This document shows positions 48,696-59,416 of a stretch of 64,000 nucleotides of DNA, in pieces; within the stretch, counting starts at the first letter, position 1; the number at the start of each line of letters is the position of its first letter. The position numbers and the translations under genes are program-made. Below the pieces are notes generated by a model that ran no database searches, was not told the origin of the DNA, and saw nothing but the letters and a program-made list of their open reading frames with translations. Source of the stretch: Promethearchaeota archaeon (GTDB lineage: Archaea; Asgardarchaeota; Lokiarchaeia; Sigyniarchaeales; SOKP01); contig JBHLNS010000012.1 in the NCBI GenBank assembly GCA_048941285.1, positions 1-64,000 of the forward strand. The letters are read 5' to 3'.

Positions 48696-49633
48696 ACCTT
48701 TTTGTTATGTATAAAATATTTAAACCAATCGATTGGTAAATCTTTTTGTACTCTTTTCAGAAAATCTTTGACACTTAATATTCCTAAATTAGTAATAATC
48801 CCGGAGATATATTTAGAGGGTGTAATATCGAAATAATAATTATGAACTTCTAAAAAACCGTTTAACAATGCTTCATTATAAATCTCATCCGAAGGTTTCT
48901 CTTCGATTAGGATGGGTTCTCCAAAATGGCTTCTTAAGTTATACTTAAAAGAATCACATATAGCATATACCTTTTTTTTGTAAATTTTTGCTAACAATGC
49001 TAAGGGATGACTCCCAATTTTATTAATAATCGATCCGTCTTTTAGTATACTATCAACTCCAATTAGCACTAAATCAAGTTGATCAATAAATTTTCCAATT
49101 GCAGCGTCAATTATAAGATGAGTCTTATAGTATTTTGATAATATTTCAGCAGTTTTTCGTCCTTCAAATAAAGGTCTCGATTCGAGAACGTATAATTCAA
49201 GATTAAATTTATTAAATTTCTTCAATAGATTAATAATTGTAGAACTATATGATATAAGCATTAATCTACAATGAGATTTTGCATTCAAATTCAAGAATTC
49301 GTGAAAGTTTTCTTCAAGAGCCTTATTCCTAGAAATTCTATCTGTTTCGAATTGACTCAAACTCTCCATTATTGCATTCTTATTGAGAGGTATTGAATTT
49401 TGAATAATGTATCCAATAGTGTTAATTAGAGGCGCCATAGTGGGACGTGAGTCAATTATTTTTTTAGCTAAATCAATTATTAAATCCTTGATATTTCCAT
49501 TTGGATCTTCAACTAATTCTAACTGAGATCTCACAATTTCTAAAGCTTTAAAAACTAATTCACTTGCTCCTGATGAATTATCTGTTCTTAATTCAGAGAG
49601 TTTTCTTTGAATATCAGACTCTTGATTATCCAA
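48692..49633 (-). CDS. eIF-2B alpha/beta/delta-like protein (IF-2B family)
   Basis: SRPTMA, LESRP..EG, IGVDSI..DG.IINKIG and FDITP..ISGIIT motifs. Confidence 0.87.
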   Translation of the reverse strand: MDNQESDIQRKLSELRTDNSSGASELVFKALEIVRSQLELVEDPNGNIKDLIIDLAKKIIDSRPTMAPLINTIGYIIQNSIPLNKNAIMESLSQFETDRISRNKALEENFHEFLNLNAKSHCRLMLISYSSTIINLLKKFNKFNLELYVLESRPLFEGRKTAEILSKYYKTHLIIDAAIGKFIDQLDLVLIGVDSILKDGSIINKIGSHPLALLAKIYKKKVYAICDSFKYNLRSHFGEPILIEEKPSDEIYNEALLNGFLEVHNYYFDITPSKYISGIITNLGILSVKDFLKRVQKDLPIDWFKYFIHNKKV

Positions 49634-49795
49634 ACTGATTTGCCCGAGGATATTTTTAGTTAATTTCTGCCGATTTAAATGAAATTAATTTTCCATTCTT
49701 TAAAAATTCAAGTCTAAAAGTGCCAATTTCGAAATGTAGTTTTAGAGAAATAAAAAAAAAAATTATTTTATATAAATAAATTGTTTTATACAATC

Positions 49796-52024
49796 CTAAT
49801 GGTGACCACGACAATGCCAATTCCATTTGTCAGCAGTAAATGCATAGGTTGTCCCAAAAGTGTGTTCGTAACCTGGTTGGTTAGCAACCACCATTACAGC
49901 AACAGTTTGGATTCGTTTATGGTTAATCATTACTAAAAGTTCTCTACCTGTTTCATCATCATCATCAAGGCACATTCTATCTATATGATGCCATGTTTTA
50001 AAGGGAGTACCGTCTTTCTTGGATAATGTTGTTGATTTAATGAAGTTTACTTCAAAATTATTGTAAACTATCTCATCATTCAAATACCATCCATAGTTAA
50101 CCGCCCAATCACCTTCAGTTTCACAATCATCATAGAAATCAATTTCAGGGATTTCGATATCATCAAGATACCATCCTGAAGCAAGTGTATATCCATCAGT
50201 CCAATAGGTGAAGGAAAGTTCTATTGTGTGTCCTGCAAAAGGTGTAAGATCCATTTCTTCAGTATATATTACTCCACTGTCTCCTGTAAAAGCGTTCCAA
50301 TTCTCAGTTTCGTTATAATTATATGGTTCTCTTTCATGAGGAGTGTAGTCATTGTCTTGCCAATGTGCATAATAATCTGTAGTTAGGATACCAGGAAGTG
50401 TAGTCCACAATCCAGTGTCATAATCATAAACTTCTACATAGCCATAATCCCAATCTGCTTCAATTGAGAAGTAGTTTGAGAAATAGAGCATTGCTCCTGT
50501 AGCTGGTATATCGAATGTTTGACTAAGTGTAAACCAAGACCATGCTTCGCCATCTGAATACCAATTATGGGCACCACTGGTTGGTACAGCACCACAATAA
50601 TCATCACCGTCAAACTCTACTTCAAACAAAAGTGGAGCATCATAGAACACAACATAATTTGTTGTATAAGGCAAATTGCGTGAGTAATAGTATGGATAAT
50701 TTACACCCTCATGCGGATATTCAGAAACAAACCATGGGAATAACGATGGAATACCATAACCCCAATATTCCATGGAACCAGGTATACTCCATCCGTTGGA
50801 GTCATCAGAAGGCAAATCTAAATTATAGTAACCATATATCCCATGAGCAAATGAGGTGTCATCAAGATAATTTGCGATAGCCCAATCTTCAAAGATTTGG
50901 TCAAATGTTTTCTTAATACCGCGTGCAGCTAGAACATTATTCCAGCCCTCTATTCCATTAGCTTGTTCATGACAGAAGTCCCAGATTAATGATTCTCCAC
51001 CGTAGTGTTCGTACATATAGTATGTCCATAGAAAAGATACTCCATAATCAGCTAAATATCCTTCCCATATTGTTAATGGTGTATCCCAGAACCATTGTAA
51101 ATATTGGGCAATATGTCCTGGTGAAAAGCCATATCCACAAAGATATTCAGCTAGAACTGAACTTCCTTCATCAACCCACGAGAATTCATCAGGATCTACA
51201 TCATTATTTACAAGATGTTGAAATTCATGGGCAAAGGTTCCTTCATATTGATTTTCTAAAACACTAAGATATGTAAAATCAAAATCAGTTAAAGGATCTA
51301 TCATTGGAGGTACATCCCCTTGTCTTCTCCACCACTGATATGTATCCATGTGGAATGCATTAACACCCCAAGCAGCAATTGAACTCCAGAAATACCCTGC
51401 AGTATAACCTGCAGCAGTAAGAGGAGAATAGAAAAATTCATCACGAAGGTTGAATATCATAATTTGAGTTTTATAATCACCAAAAGGACCTGCTCGATCA
51501 GCATATTCACCAAAGTGCTCCACTACAGTGTCATGAATGTTGTTGTCAAATTCTTCTAACACTTCTATTAAGTCTTGTCCAGTTATAGTGTCTCTATACC
51601 CAGGAGGTAAATAATAACCATCTGGATAATTTGAATCTGGGTAACCAGTAGGAGTCCAAGGATACCCAAACACCCAAATATCATCAGGACTAAACCCTGC
51701 AGGGCCATTATCAATGTACTCATCATATGTTGGATCTAAACTGATCCAGATATTTCCATGAGTACCATTTAAGATGCTTTTAAATGGCCGCCAAACAAGT
51801 GTGCCTAAATAATCATCAAGTGTAGGATAAATCCATGGGCTATGAGGATAAGTAAATTCGACCCCTTCAAGTGTCATTTGATCAGCTAATTTCATATCAT
51901 AGAGAGGTTCTACATCAAAAGTTGGCTCACTTTTAACCTCGCCTGCTGAATAAAATATGATTGAAAATGTGCTAATACTTAAAAAGGTGAAGACTATTAG
52001 TAATGTAATTAATTTCTTTCTCAT
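49796..52024 (-). CDS. Secreted or membrane-anchored zinc metallopeptidase (M30/M6-like, with immune-inhibitor-A-type C-domain)
   Basis: N-terminal signal/transmembrane segment. HEFQH...WVDEG motif. IEADWDYGYVEV and DLTPFAG..IEL.F.Y.TD...GWY.DD in the C-domain. Confidence 0.85.
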   Translation of the reverse strand: MRKKLITLLIVFTFLSISTFSIIFYSAGEVKSEPTFDVEPLYDMKLADQMTLEGVEFTYPHSPWIYPTLDDYLGTLVWRPFKSILNGTHGNIWISLDPTYDEYIDNGPAGFSPDDIWVFGYPWTPTGYPDSNYPDGYYLPPGYRDTITGQDLIEVLEEFDNNIHDTVVEHFGEYADRAGPFGDYKTQIMIFNLRDEFFYSPLTAAGYTAGYFWSSIAAWGVNAFHMDTYQWWRRQGDVPPMIDPLTDFDFTYLSVLENQYEGTFAHEFQHLVNNDVDPDEFSWVDEGSSVLAEYLCGYGFSPGHIAQYLQWFWDTPLTIWEGYLADYGVSFLWTYYMYEHYGGESLIWDFCHEQANGIEGWNNVLAARGIKKTFDQIFEDWAIANYLDDTSFAHGIYGYYNLDLPSDDSNGWSIPGSMEYWGYGIPSLFPWFVSEYPHEGVNYPYYYSRNLPYTTNYVVFYDAPLLFEVEFDGDDYCGAVPTSGAHNWYSDGEAWSWFTLSQTFDIPATGAMLYFSNYFSIEADWDYGYVEVYDYDTGLWTTLPGILTTDYYAHWQDNDYTPHEREPYNYNETENWNAFTGDSGVIYTEEMDLTPFAGHTIELSFTYWTDGYTLASGWYLDDIEIPEIDFYDDCETEGDWAVNYGWYLNDEIVYNNFEVNFIKSTTLSKKDGTPFKTWHHIDRMCLDDDDETGRELLVMINHKRIQTVAVMVVANQPGYEHTFGTTYAFTADKWNWHCRGHH

Positions 52025-52031
52025 TAATTTT

Positions 52032-52213
52032 TCATCTCATTTTTTTTTTAGATATTATGTATCTAGGTTTGGTGTTCAAATATTCCAAATTTTCTAGTTT
52101 TTGAAATATTACGATCATCCCCAAAAAGTCATCAAATTTCTGCAAGTGATTACCACCCTTCGAAATTCTAGACATTTTCAGTGATTTTTTATTATGCCGT
52201 TTAATATATAAAT
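52032..52213 (-). promoter_or_regulatory. Conserved leader copy 1: TATA box, 47-codon uORF (52175-52032) and hairpin
   Basis: TTTATATA at 52212-52205. uORF MSRISKGGNHLQKFDDFLG... Near-identical to 55474-55567. Confidence 0.65.
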
Positions 52214-52562
52214 CTTATTTTTTCATTTTACAATTATGAAAATTATATATGAGATTTTCTATGATAGTGTTTTTTACTTAAATGTAAGAGTAAGAATTAT
52301 TTAATTGACAAACCTGTCACATATATTGGAAGATTTGGCATTTAAGTATTAAAAATTCTCTAACTAAATTTTGACAAAAATGAAAACATGAAAAAAGGTT
52401 ATACATCCATATCATTGGATAAAATTTTAAATAAATTTTTTAAAAATCCAAAACAATTATTTTTATCTTTAAATTCTAATAATTTTATATCTAATAATCA
52501 CTGAATTAATATAGAAAATCTAAATAAAAAAAAATGTTGGGTTAATTTTCATCAACCTTTAA

Positions 52563-52915
52563 TTACACTTTAACAATATCTCCTACATACCAATAATCCC
52601 AATAATCAGTTAAAGAATGTAACCAAAGAATCGCTAATCCTTTCTTGCGATTAGGTAGTTTTACTAACGTTAAACGTGAATCAAGAGCAAAGACTTTTGA
52701 ATGCCAATTTCCCATTGTATTAGGGAAGTATATGATTTCAAATGAATAATACTCCGAGTTGCCGAAATAAACTTGATATCTATCTATGATGATTAAGTAT
52801 TCCCCTGGTTCAGTCAATTGAATAAATTCAGGAAAGGCACTTTAGCTCCATCTAGATTTACTTAATAATAGCCATCAGGAAATAGTTGATACACAAGTAA
52901 ATCAAGATCGATTTG
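52563..52915 (-). pseudogene. Degraded 3' remnant of a secreted protein gene (PPC-like domain)
   Basis: Reads IDLDLLVYQLFPDGYY, then a stop, then after a frameshift SAFPEFIQLTEPGEYLIIIDRY... Confidence 0.45.
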
Positions 52916-53024
52916 AATTTTTATAGATTCAATACTCTAAAAGGATGTACTGAAAACCTATTCTATTAAATAATTTTATATTATTTAGCAAAAAAGAAAA
53001 AAAAATAGGAATTTTAAACTTATT

Positions 53025-53194
53025 TTATGCAAATTTAGCAGAAGATTTCAAGCAGCATCTGCTTGAAGAAACCCCGAACTGTAATCAGTTCCATACCATT
53101 TGAAATAATCAGGGCCATACCATAAGAAATAAGCCCAATCGCCACCACAAAGAAGAGGTATTTTATTTGCTGCATTCTTTAATATTTTTTCCAT
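53025..53194 (-). pseudogene. Remnant of a subtilase (S8) catalytic-domain C-terminus
   Basis: MEKILKNAANKIP...WYGTDYSSGFLQADAA* resembles the S8 end (IL..TA...YG.G.L.A..A). Restoring one base continues the frame as LKSSAKFA*. Confidence 0.5.
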
Positions 53195-53290
53195 TTTTCC
53201 CTAATTTATCTTATTCTCTGAAATTGATTAAATTAAATTGTTAACAATGAGGAACAAAGTAATAAAAAAAAAAAAATTAGTTATTTAGAT

Positions 53291-55378
53291 TTATTGCATA
53301 GCAGTAAATTTATAATCAGCTATTCCATATTCCATAACAGTACTTATAATCAAGATGATATCTTCATCATTACCAATATCATCAAAGTACATTCCAGTTT
53401 CATCCATATCTGAAAGTGTTAATTCGTGTATTTCATAGTTTTCACCATCAGTTTTTATTATCGTAACTATGAAATCTGCTTCTTTTGGAACATTTTCTAA
53501 ATCAAGATCAGCACCACTTACACTCGCCTCATAAATATACCATCCCTTTTCAAATGTACCCCAATCGGTCATATAACGGAATCCTATAAGAACATCCTGC
53601 CCAGCATAGGCAGTAAGATCAAATTCCATTTCAATTCGACCACCAGAATAACCTGTTAATCCTGGAAGATTATCAACTATTTTATGCAAAGCATGATAGT
53701 CATACCAAGGCACTGTATAGTCATTCGCAAGCGTTGTCCAAGTTTCACCACCATCATTAGATACTTGAACGAATCCAAAATCCCAATATGGTTCAATCTC
53801 CCATTTTGTATTAATGGATAATGTTGGATCTAGTGGATCGACATATGCTTCACCTGCAAGAAGAATATTCATTAAATCTCCTTTCTTAGTATGCCATGCA
53901 CCTTTTTCAATACCCCACTCAAATGGATATTGAGCGAAATCATTTCCATCAAATAGGATATAATTTTCACCTTCAATTCCTGTTAATGCTACATAATCTG
54001 TACCAAATGGGGCTAATTCGATTACGTGTGTGTCATAACCATTTGGTGCATATTCAGTTCCAGTTGTATATGTCTTTCCAAACTTCTCACTTGATGTCCA
54101 TGGGATCTTCTTCTTACCGAGTTCATAAACTCTTATTTCTTCATCCAATTCACTTAAATCAATAGAATCATATCCATATAGCCCATCTCCATTAAGAAGA
54201 TTTGCTATTGTCCAATCTTGAAATACATCGTAATAGTCTACACCATATGGGGCCAGCAAAGCATTAATGCCATCCATTCCAGGATTCATGTTCTTGACAT
54301 AATCTCCCATAAAAGTACTTCCGTAGTGATCAGTTAAATAAAGTGCCCATAAGAAAGCAGCTCCATAATCAGCCAAAATGTTTATATTACCTTGATCACT
54401 CCATTCAGTTAAGGAATTGTCAGGTGTAGCTAAAAACCATTCTATTTGACCAGCATCTAGTTCATATCCACATAGAGGTTCAGCATATAAAGAGCATGCT
54501 TCGTTCATGTAAGTATCATCACCAGGCAATCTGTCAGCATGAATATTATGTTGAAATTCATGAGCAAGTACAGATTCATATAAGTTAGGTCGTGTAACGA
54601 CCATCTCAGGATGTTCTGGTATCCAAGAAGTCCCTTCAGGACCTAATCTTTGCCACCATGCCCAACAATCAAGATGAACCATGTTTCTATTGTAGTAATC
54701 CCAGGTATATGTAGAACTATAGAAACCAGCTACGTATGATGGATAGGTAGGATCATAATAGTTATCATCCCGATAATTTATGATTTTTAAAATAACTCTT
54801 TGAGGGTTATCAGGATCGGTTGTTTCAATCCAATCCCATGTATAGGAAGGCCAGCCTATCGCTTCAAAAATAGTACCAGTTCCATCTCTATCAAATGGTG
54901 TACCAAAATAGCCCGTATCTATTGCATAGATTGTATCATCAAATTCATCTACTAAATAATCAACCATATCATCAGTGATCTGCCATCTCCAAGGTTCATC
55001 ATTTCTAGGATCACCAGCTGGAAATGAAAGGTCGTTTTGTACCCAAAGTTCAACAAAATCACCAATGCCTCTAAGTGTCATCCAAGGACTACCACTTATT
55101 GCACCTACATACCAATCATAAACTACAGTGCCAACTGGAGGTGTTGCCATACCCAAGCTTGATTCAGCAGAATAATATGCAGGTACTACATCTGGATCAA
55201 ACCTAGGTAACTGTACATTACCAGCAAGTCCACTTTTCCAATCTATAGGTTCATAATCTGGAAGTACAATTGGATTTTCTGTAAACACATTACCAAAAAA
55301 TCCTAAAGTTAATGCGCCTAGGATTATAAATAATGCTACTAGAATTGAAATTCTTATTTTTTTCATTTCATATATCAA
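53291..55378 (-). CDS. Secreted or membrane-anchored zinc metallopeptidase (M30/M6-like), paralog of 49796-52024
   Basis: N-terminal hydrophobic segment. HEFQH...MNEA motif, LADYGAAFLW, IEPYWDFGFVQVS and DLTAYAG...FRYMTD. Confidence 0.85.
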   Translation of the reverse strand: MIYEMKKIRISILVALFIILGALTLGFFGNVFTENPIVLPDYEPIDWKSGLAGNVQLPRFDPDVVPAYYSAESSLGMATPPVGTVVYDWYVGAISGSPWMTLRGIGDFVELWVQNDLSFPAGDPRNDEPWRWQITDDMVDYLVDEFDDTIYAIDTGYFGTPFDRDGTGTIFEAIGWPSYTWDWIETTDPDNPQRVILKIINYRDDNYYDPTYPSYVAGFYSSTYTWDYYNRNMVHLDCWAWWQRLGPEGTSWIPEHPEMVVTRPNLYESVLAHEFQHNIHADRLPGDDTYMNEACSLYAEPLCGYELDAGQIEWFLATPDNSLTEWSDQGNINILADYGAAFLWALYLTDHYGSTFMGDYVKNMNPGMDGINALLAPYGVDYYDVFQDWTIANLLNGDGLYGYDSIDLSELDEEIRVYELGKKKIPWTSSEKFGKTYTTGTEYAPNGYDTHVIELAPFGTDYVALTGIEGENYILFDGNDFAQYPFEWGIEKGAWHTKKGDLMNILLAGEAYVDPLDPTLSINTKWEIEPYWDFGFVQVSNDGGETWTTLANDYTVPWYDYHALHKIVDNLPGLTGYSGGRIEMEFDLTAYAGQDVLIGFRYMTDWGTFEKGWYIYEASVSGADLDLENVPKEADFIVTIIKTDGENYEIHELTLSDMDETGMYFDDIGNDEDIILIISTVMEYGIADYKFTAMQ

Positions 55379-55423
55379 CTCTATTTTCTATGTAAAGTTT
55401 TTTTCTTTTCCATTTTCATATTT

Positions 55424-55567
55424 TTATTCAAATATCCTAAACCCGATACGGTTCGGGGATATCACGAACAATGCCAAAAAGTCATAAAACTTCTTTAATT
55501 GATTTTCACCCTTCGAAATTTTAGACATTTTTAGTGATTTTTATATTATGCCGTTTAATATATAAAT
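55424..55567 (-). promoter_or_regulatory. Conserved leader copy 2: TATA box, 34-codon uORF (55528-55424) and hairpin
   Basis: TTTATATA at 55566-55559. uORF MSKISKGENQLKKFYDFLA... Hairpin ATATCC-CCGA...TCGG-GGATAT. Confidence 0.65.
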
Positions 55568-55904
55568 TTTTTTTTTTTCCATTGTTCAAATTTGAAAATA
55601 AAAAGGATATTCACTTTATGAATTTATCTCTAATCAGAATAACTCAATTATTATTGTTAATAAAGGATTAATTCTCTAACAAAAAATATGCTGAGTAAAT
55701 TTTAAAGTTAAAATATCATAACATAAGGAAATATTTTTAATCATTTCATGATAAATTGGGAAGAGAATGAAGAATTAATTGATATTAGGATAAATTCGTT
55801 TCCCCTCGATGTTGCATAGATAGAAAAAAGATTTATATGTTTGAATATAAAAATCGCAAAATTGAATCTTAAAAGATTTATTATTTCTTTATTTTACTTA
55901 ATTA

Positions 55905-57335
55905 ATGTCGCTTGGATCAAGAGAATTAAAAGTTAAGGATATTTCTTTTATTAATAACATTAAATCAATTGCCGTTGTTGGGCCTTCTAAAAGACGAGAT
56001 TACTTTTTTCTAAAAAACCACGCTCAATATTTTAAAGGTCCTGTTTATGCTGTACACCCTAAAATTGATGAGATACCTAATTTTAATAAAAACTACATTT
56101 TTCAATTATTAGAAGACATACCTGGAGAAGTAGATTTTGCCTTTATTGCAGTTCCACCATCTCAAGTTCTAAAAACAATAGATTCTTGCGTAAGGAAAAA
56201 AGTAAAATTAGTTACTGTTTTTACATCTGAGTTCTCTGATTCCGGAACAGAAGAAGGAATTGCATTAGAGAGGGAATTGTTGGAACGAGCACAAAATAAA
56301 GTAAGGATTTTAGGCCCTAATGGAATGGGAATCTTTTATCCAAAATTGGGAATAGCATGGCGTTCAGGGTTTCCAAAAATAGCAGGAAATATAGGTTTTA
56401 TTGCCCAATCAGGTGGGATATGTAATATTGCCATATATGGAGCAGAAGCACTAGGCATTAAATTTTCAAAAGTATTTTCTTTTGGAAATGGAGCTGATTT
56501 AGATGTTGTTGATCTGCTTTATTTTCTAAGTCATGATTCAGAAACAAATATCATTTTATGTTATCTAGAAGGCATTAAAGAAGGAAGAATTGAAGACTTG
56601 AAAATGGTTCTTAATCAAAATAAAAAACCTATTATAGTTTTAAAAGGAGGGCAATCTGAAACTGGATCTATTGCAGCTAAAACTCACACTGCATCAATCT
56701 CAGGAAATAAGCGATTTTGGAACGCCTTTCTTAAACAACATAATGTTATTCAAGTTAATACTTTAGAGCAATTATTACATACTGCTCGTTTAATTGACTG
56801 TTATGGTATTTTCAAACTAAATAATATGGCTGTTTTCAGTATTAGTGGAGGGTATGGTGTTGTTTTAGTTGATCTTTTAGAAAAACAAGGAATGAAAGTC
56901 CCTCCTTTCTCTCCTAGCATTCAAGAAAAATTAAACTTAAAATTTTTATTACCAGGAACAAGTGCAAAAAATCCTTTGGATTTAGCTGCTCAGTTTTTCT
57001 TAGAAAATGCTGTATATGAAACAATTGATCTTGCTTTATCAGATGAAAAGATGGATGGGTTAATATTAGACTTACCTAGTTTTTATCTAACTCCCATCTT
57101 TAAATCAAGTAATAATCAATCTTTTGAATCTAATATTTTAGAAAGTTTATATTTAGGTCATAAACATAATAAGCCATTAATTCCTATAATACAACGTTTG
57201 AATCAGCCTGAAGAAAGAGAAAGAATTTCAAAAAGATTAATTGAAAGAAACATTCCGGTTTTCGGAGATCCTCTTGAAATTATTCCATTATTATCAAAGA
57301 TTTCATATTATAAAGAAAGAATGGAGCATTCTTGA
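55905..57335 (+). CDS. Acyl-CoA synthetase (NDP-forming) alpha-type subunit
   Basis: SIAVVGPS, RILGPNGMG, AQSGG, phospho-His motif KTHTAS, and NPLDL. Confidence 0.9.
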   Translation: MSLGSRELKVKDISFINNIKSIAVVGPSKRRDYFFLKNHAQYFKGPVYAVHPKIDEIPNFNKNYIFQLLEDIPGEVDFAFIAVPPSQVLKTIDSCVRKKVKLVTVFTSEFSDSGTEEGIALERELLERAQNKVRILGPNGMGIFYPKLGIAWRSGFPKIAGNIGFIAQSGGICNIAIYGAEALGIKFSKVFSFGNGADLDVVDLLYFLSHDSETNIILCYLEGIKEGRIEDLKMVLNQNKKPIIVLKGGQSETGSIAAKTHTASISGNKRFWNAFLKQHNVIQVNTLEQLLHTARLIDCYGIFKLNNMAVFSISGGYGVVLVDLLEKQGMKVPPFSPSIQEKLNLKFLLPGTSAKNPLDLAAQFFLENAVYETIDLALSDEKMDGLILDLPSFYLTPIFKSSNNQSFESNILESLYLGHKHNKPLIPIIQRLNQPEERERISKRLIERNIPVFGDPLEIIPLLSKISYYKERMEHS

Positions 57336-57343
57336 TTAAAATT

Positions 57344-59020
57344 TTAAAAAATTTGTAGACTTTCATATTCCCCAAAAACTTCTCTTAACACGTCACATAT
57401 TTCTTGAATTGTTGCGTATGATTTTACTGTTTTTACCATAATCGGCATTATATTTTCTGAAGATTGAGCAACTTCCCTCAATTTATTTAAATTTTCTTTT
57501 ACTGAATCCTCATTCCGTATTGCTCTTAATTCGCTTAAAGAATTTATAATTGCCATTTCAGCATTATGGTCATATTTAAATGTATCTATCTTGGTTTTTT
57601 CATCGGTACAAAATACATTAACACCAATAACTTTATTTTCTCCTTTTTCAATTTTTAGCTGTTCTCTATAAGCATTATTTTGAATCTCTTGCTGAATAAA
57701 TCCCCTTTCAATAGCTTCTGTTATACCTCCCATCTTATCTATTTTTTTAATATATTCTAATGCTTTTTCTTCTAATTTATTTGTTAAATATTCGATATAA
57801 TATGAACCGCCTAAAGGATCTACAACGTCAGTAACCCCTGTCTCATAAGCAAGAATTTGTTGGGTTCTTAATGATAACTTAACTGATTCTTCAGTAGGAA
57901 TGGCTAATGCTTCATCAAATCCACATGTATGTAATGATTGTGTACCACCTAGAACAGCTGCTAGTGCTTGATAGGCAACTCGAATCAAGTTTGTAAATGG
58001 CTGTTGAGCAGTTAGAGTTACTCCTGCGGTTTGTGTATGAAATCTTAATCTCAATGATTCTGGATCTTTTGCGTTAAATCTCTCTTTCATAATTTTAGCC
58101 CATAATCTTCTGACAGCTCTCAATTTAGCAATCTCTTCAAAAAAGTAATTATGTGTAGTAAAAAAAAATGATAATCTTGAGGCAAAATCATCAATAGATA
58201 TTCCTCTCTCAAGAACTTTCTCGACATAAGCAATTCCGTCTGCTAATGTGAAAGCGATTTCTTGAATAGCGTTACATCCTGCTTCACGCATATGATATCC
58301 ACTAATGCTTATAGTGTTAAATCTAGGCAAATATTTTGAACAATATTCAATTACATCAGCTGTAAGTCTTAAGGACGGCTTAGGAGGATAAATATATGTA
58401 CCTCTAGCTACATATTCTTTTAATATATCATTTTGAACGGTTCCTGTTAATTGATCCGTCTTTATACCTTGCTTTTCTCCAATTGCTATATACATTGCTA
58501 AAAGAATTACAGTGGGTGCATTGATAGTCATACTAGTTGAAACTGTCTCTAAAGAGATGTCTTCAAATACTTTTTCAAAATCTTTTAATGAATTAATTGT
58601 CACTCCAATACGACCCACCTCGCCGATACAAATCTGGTTATCAGAATTATAACCCATTTGAGTAGGAAGATCAAAAGCAATTGAAAGTCCTTTCTGCCCT
58701 TGAGAAATTAAATATTTAAATCTCGCGTTGGTTTTAGCAGCATCAGCAAACCCGCTATATTGTCTCATCGTCCAAATTCTACCACGATACATATTTGGAT
58801 AAACTCCTCTAGTATATGGAGGATTGCCTGGAAAACTAAGATCCTCTAAATAATTAAAATCTGGAAGATCATCGGGGCCATAAACGTGTTTCAGTGAAAC
58901 CTCTGAAGGTGTTTCAAATTTCTTTTTAGTTTCACCATCTTTAATAAACTTCTTTAAGATCTCTTCTTCCCATTCTTTATGTTTATTTTTGATATTATTT
59001 AGTTCCTTTGAATTGAACAT
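57344..59020 (-). CDS. mcmA: Methylmalonyl-CoA mutase large (substrate-binding) subunit
   Basis: PYTRGVY..MY, TMRQYSGF (Tyr typical of MCM), QNDILKEY, ISGYH, HTQT and DPLGGSY motifs. No B12-binding domain. Confidence 0.93.
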   Translation of the reverse strand: MFNSKELNNIKNKHKEWEEEILKKFIKDGETKKKFETPSEVSLKHVYGPDDLPDFNYLEDLSFPGNPPYTRGVYPNMYRGRIWTMRQYSGFADAAKTNARFKYLISQGQKGLSIAFDLPTQMGYNSDNQICIGEVGRIGVTINSLKDFEKVFEDISLETVSTSMTINAPTVILLAMYIAIGEKQGIKTDQLTGTVQNDILKEYVARGTYIYPPKPSLRLTADVIEYCSKYLPRFNTISISGYHMREAGCNAIQEIAFTLADGIAYVEKVLERGISIDDFASRLSFFFTTHNYFFEEIAKLRAVRRLWAKIMKERFNAKDPESLRLRFHTQTAGVTLTAQQPFTNLIRVAYQALAAVLGGTQSLHTCGFDEALAIPTEESVKLSLRTQQILAYETGVTDVVDPLGGSYYIEYLTNKLEEKALEYIKKIDKMGGITEAIERGFIQQEIQNNAYREQLKIEKGENKVIGVNVFCTDEKTKIDTFKYDHNAEMAIINSLSELRAIRNEDSVKENLNKLREVAQSSENIMPIMVKTVKSYATIQEICDVLREVFGEYESLQIF

Positions 59021-59047
59021 TATAAATTTTTCCTCTAAAATTTTATG

Positions 59048-59416
59048 CTAAATTGGTTCAAAAATATATGTATATACCTCTTTACCATCTAAATTTTCAC
59101 AAATCTTTCTATAAACAGGTTTTAACTCTATTCCTGTCTGTAAATTTTCACTAGAAGCAAGCTGTCCTAGAGCTTTAATTCGATTTTCAAATTCTACAAC
59201 TCCAAGAGCATATGAACCTTGATTTCGAAATTCAGCAGGTGGTTCGTTTAAAATGGTATAAGTTAATAGTTTACAATTTCCAGTGGCTTGAATGATAGAG
59301 AATTCTTTGTTTTTACAGTGTAGACATCTTACATGAGATTTATTCTGCAAAAAGCCACAATTTTTACATTTTTTCCACTCAATTTTCTCATCATCATTCA
59401 TTAATATCCTATCCAT
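59048..59416 (-). CDS. DUF35-like Zn-ribbon/OB-fold protein
   Basis: CKNCG...CLHC followed by TYT...PP..F...YALGVVE. Confidence 0.87.
   Translation of the reverse strand: MDRILMNDDEKIEWKKCKNCGFLQNKSHVRCLHCKNKEFSIIQATGNCKLLTYTILNEPPAEFRNQGSYALGVVEFENRIKALGQLASSENLQTGIELKPVYRKICENLDGKEVYTYIFEPI

Noticed and set aside
53025-53194. TGA at 53048-53050 read as selenocysteine
   Set aside because: It is not at a Cys-equivalent position, a 1-nt deletion explains it better, and I recognised no SECIS.
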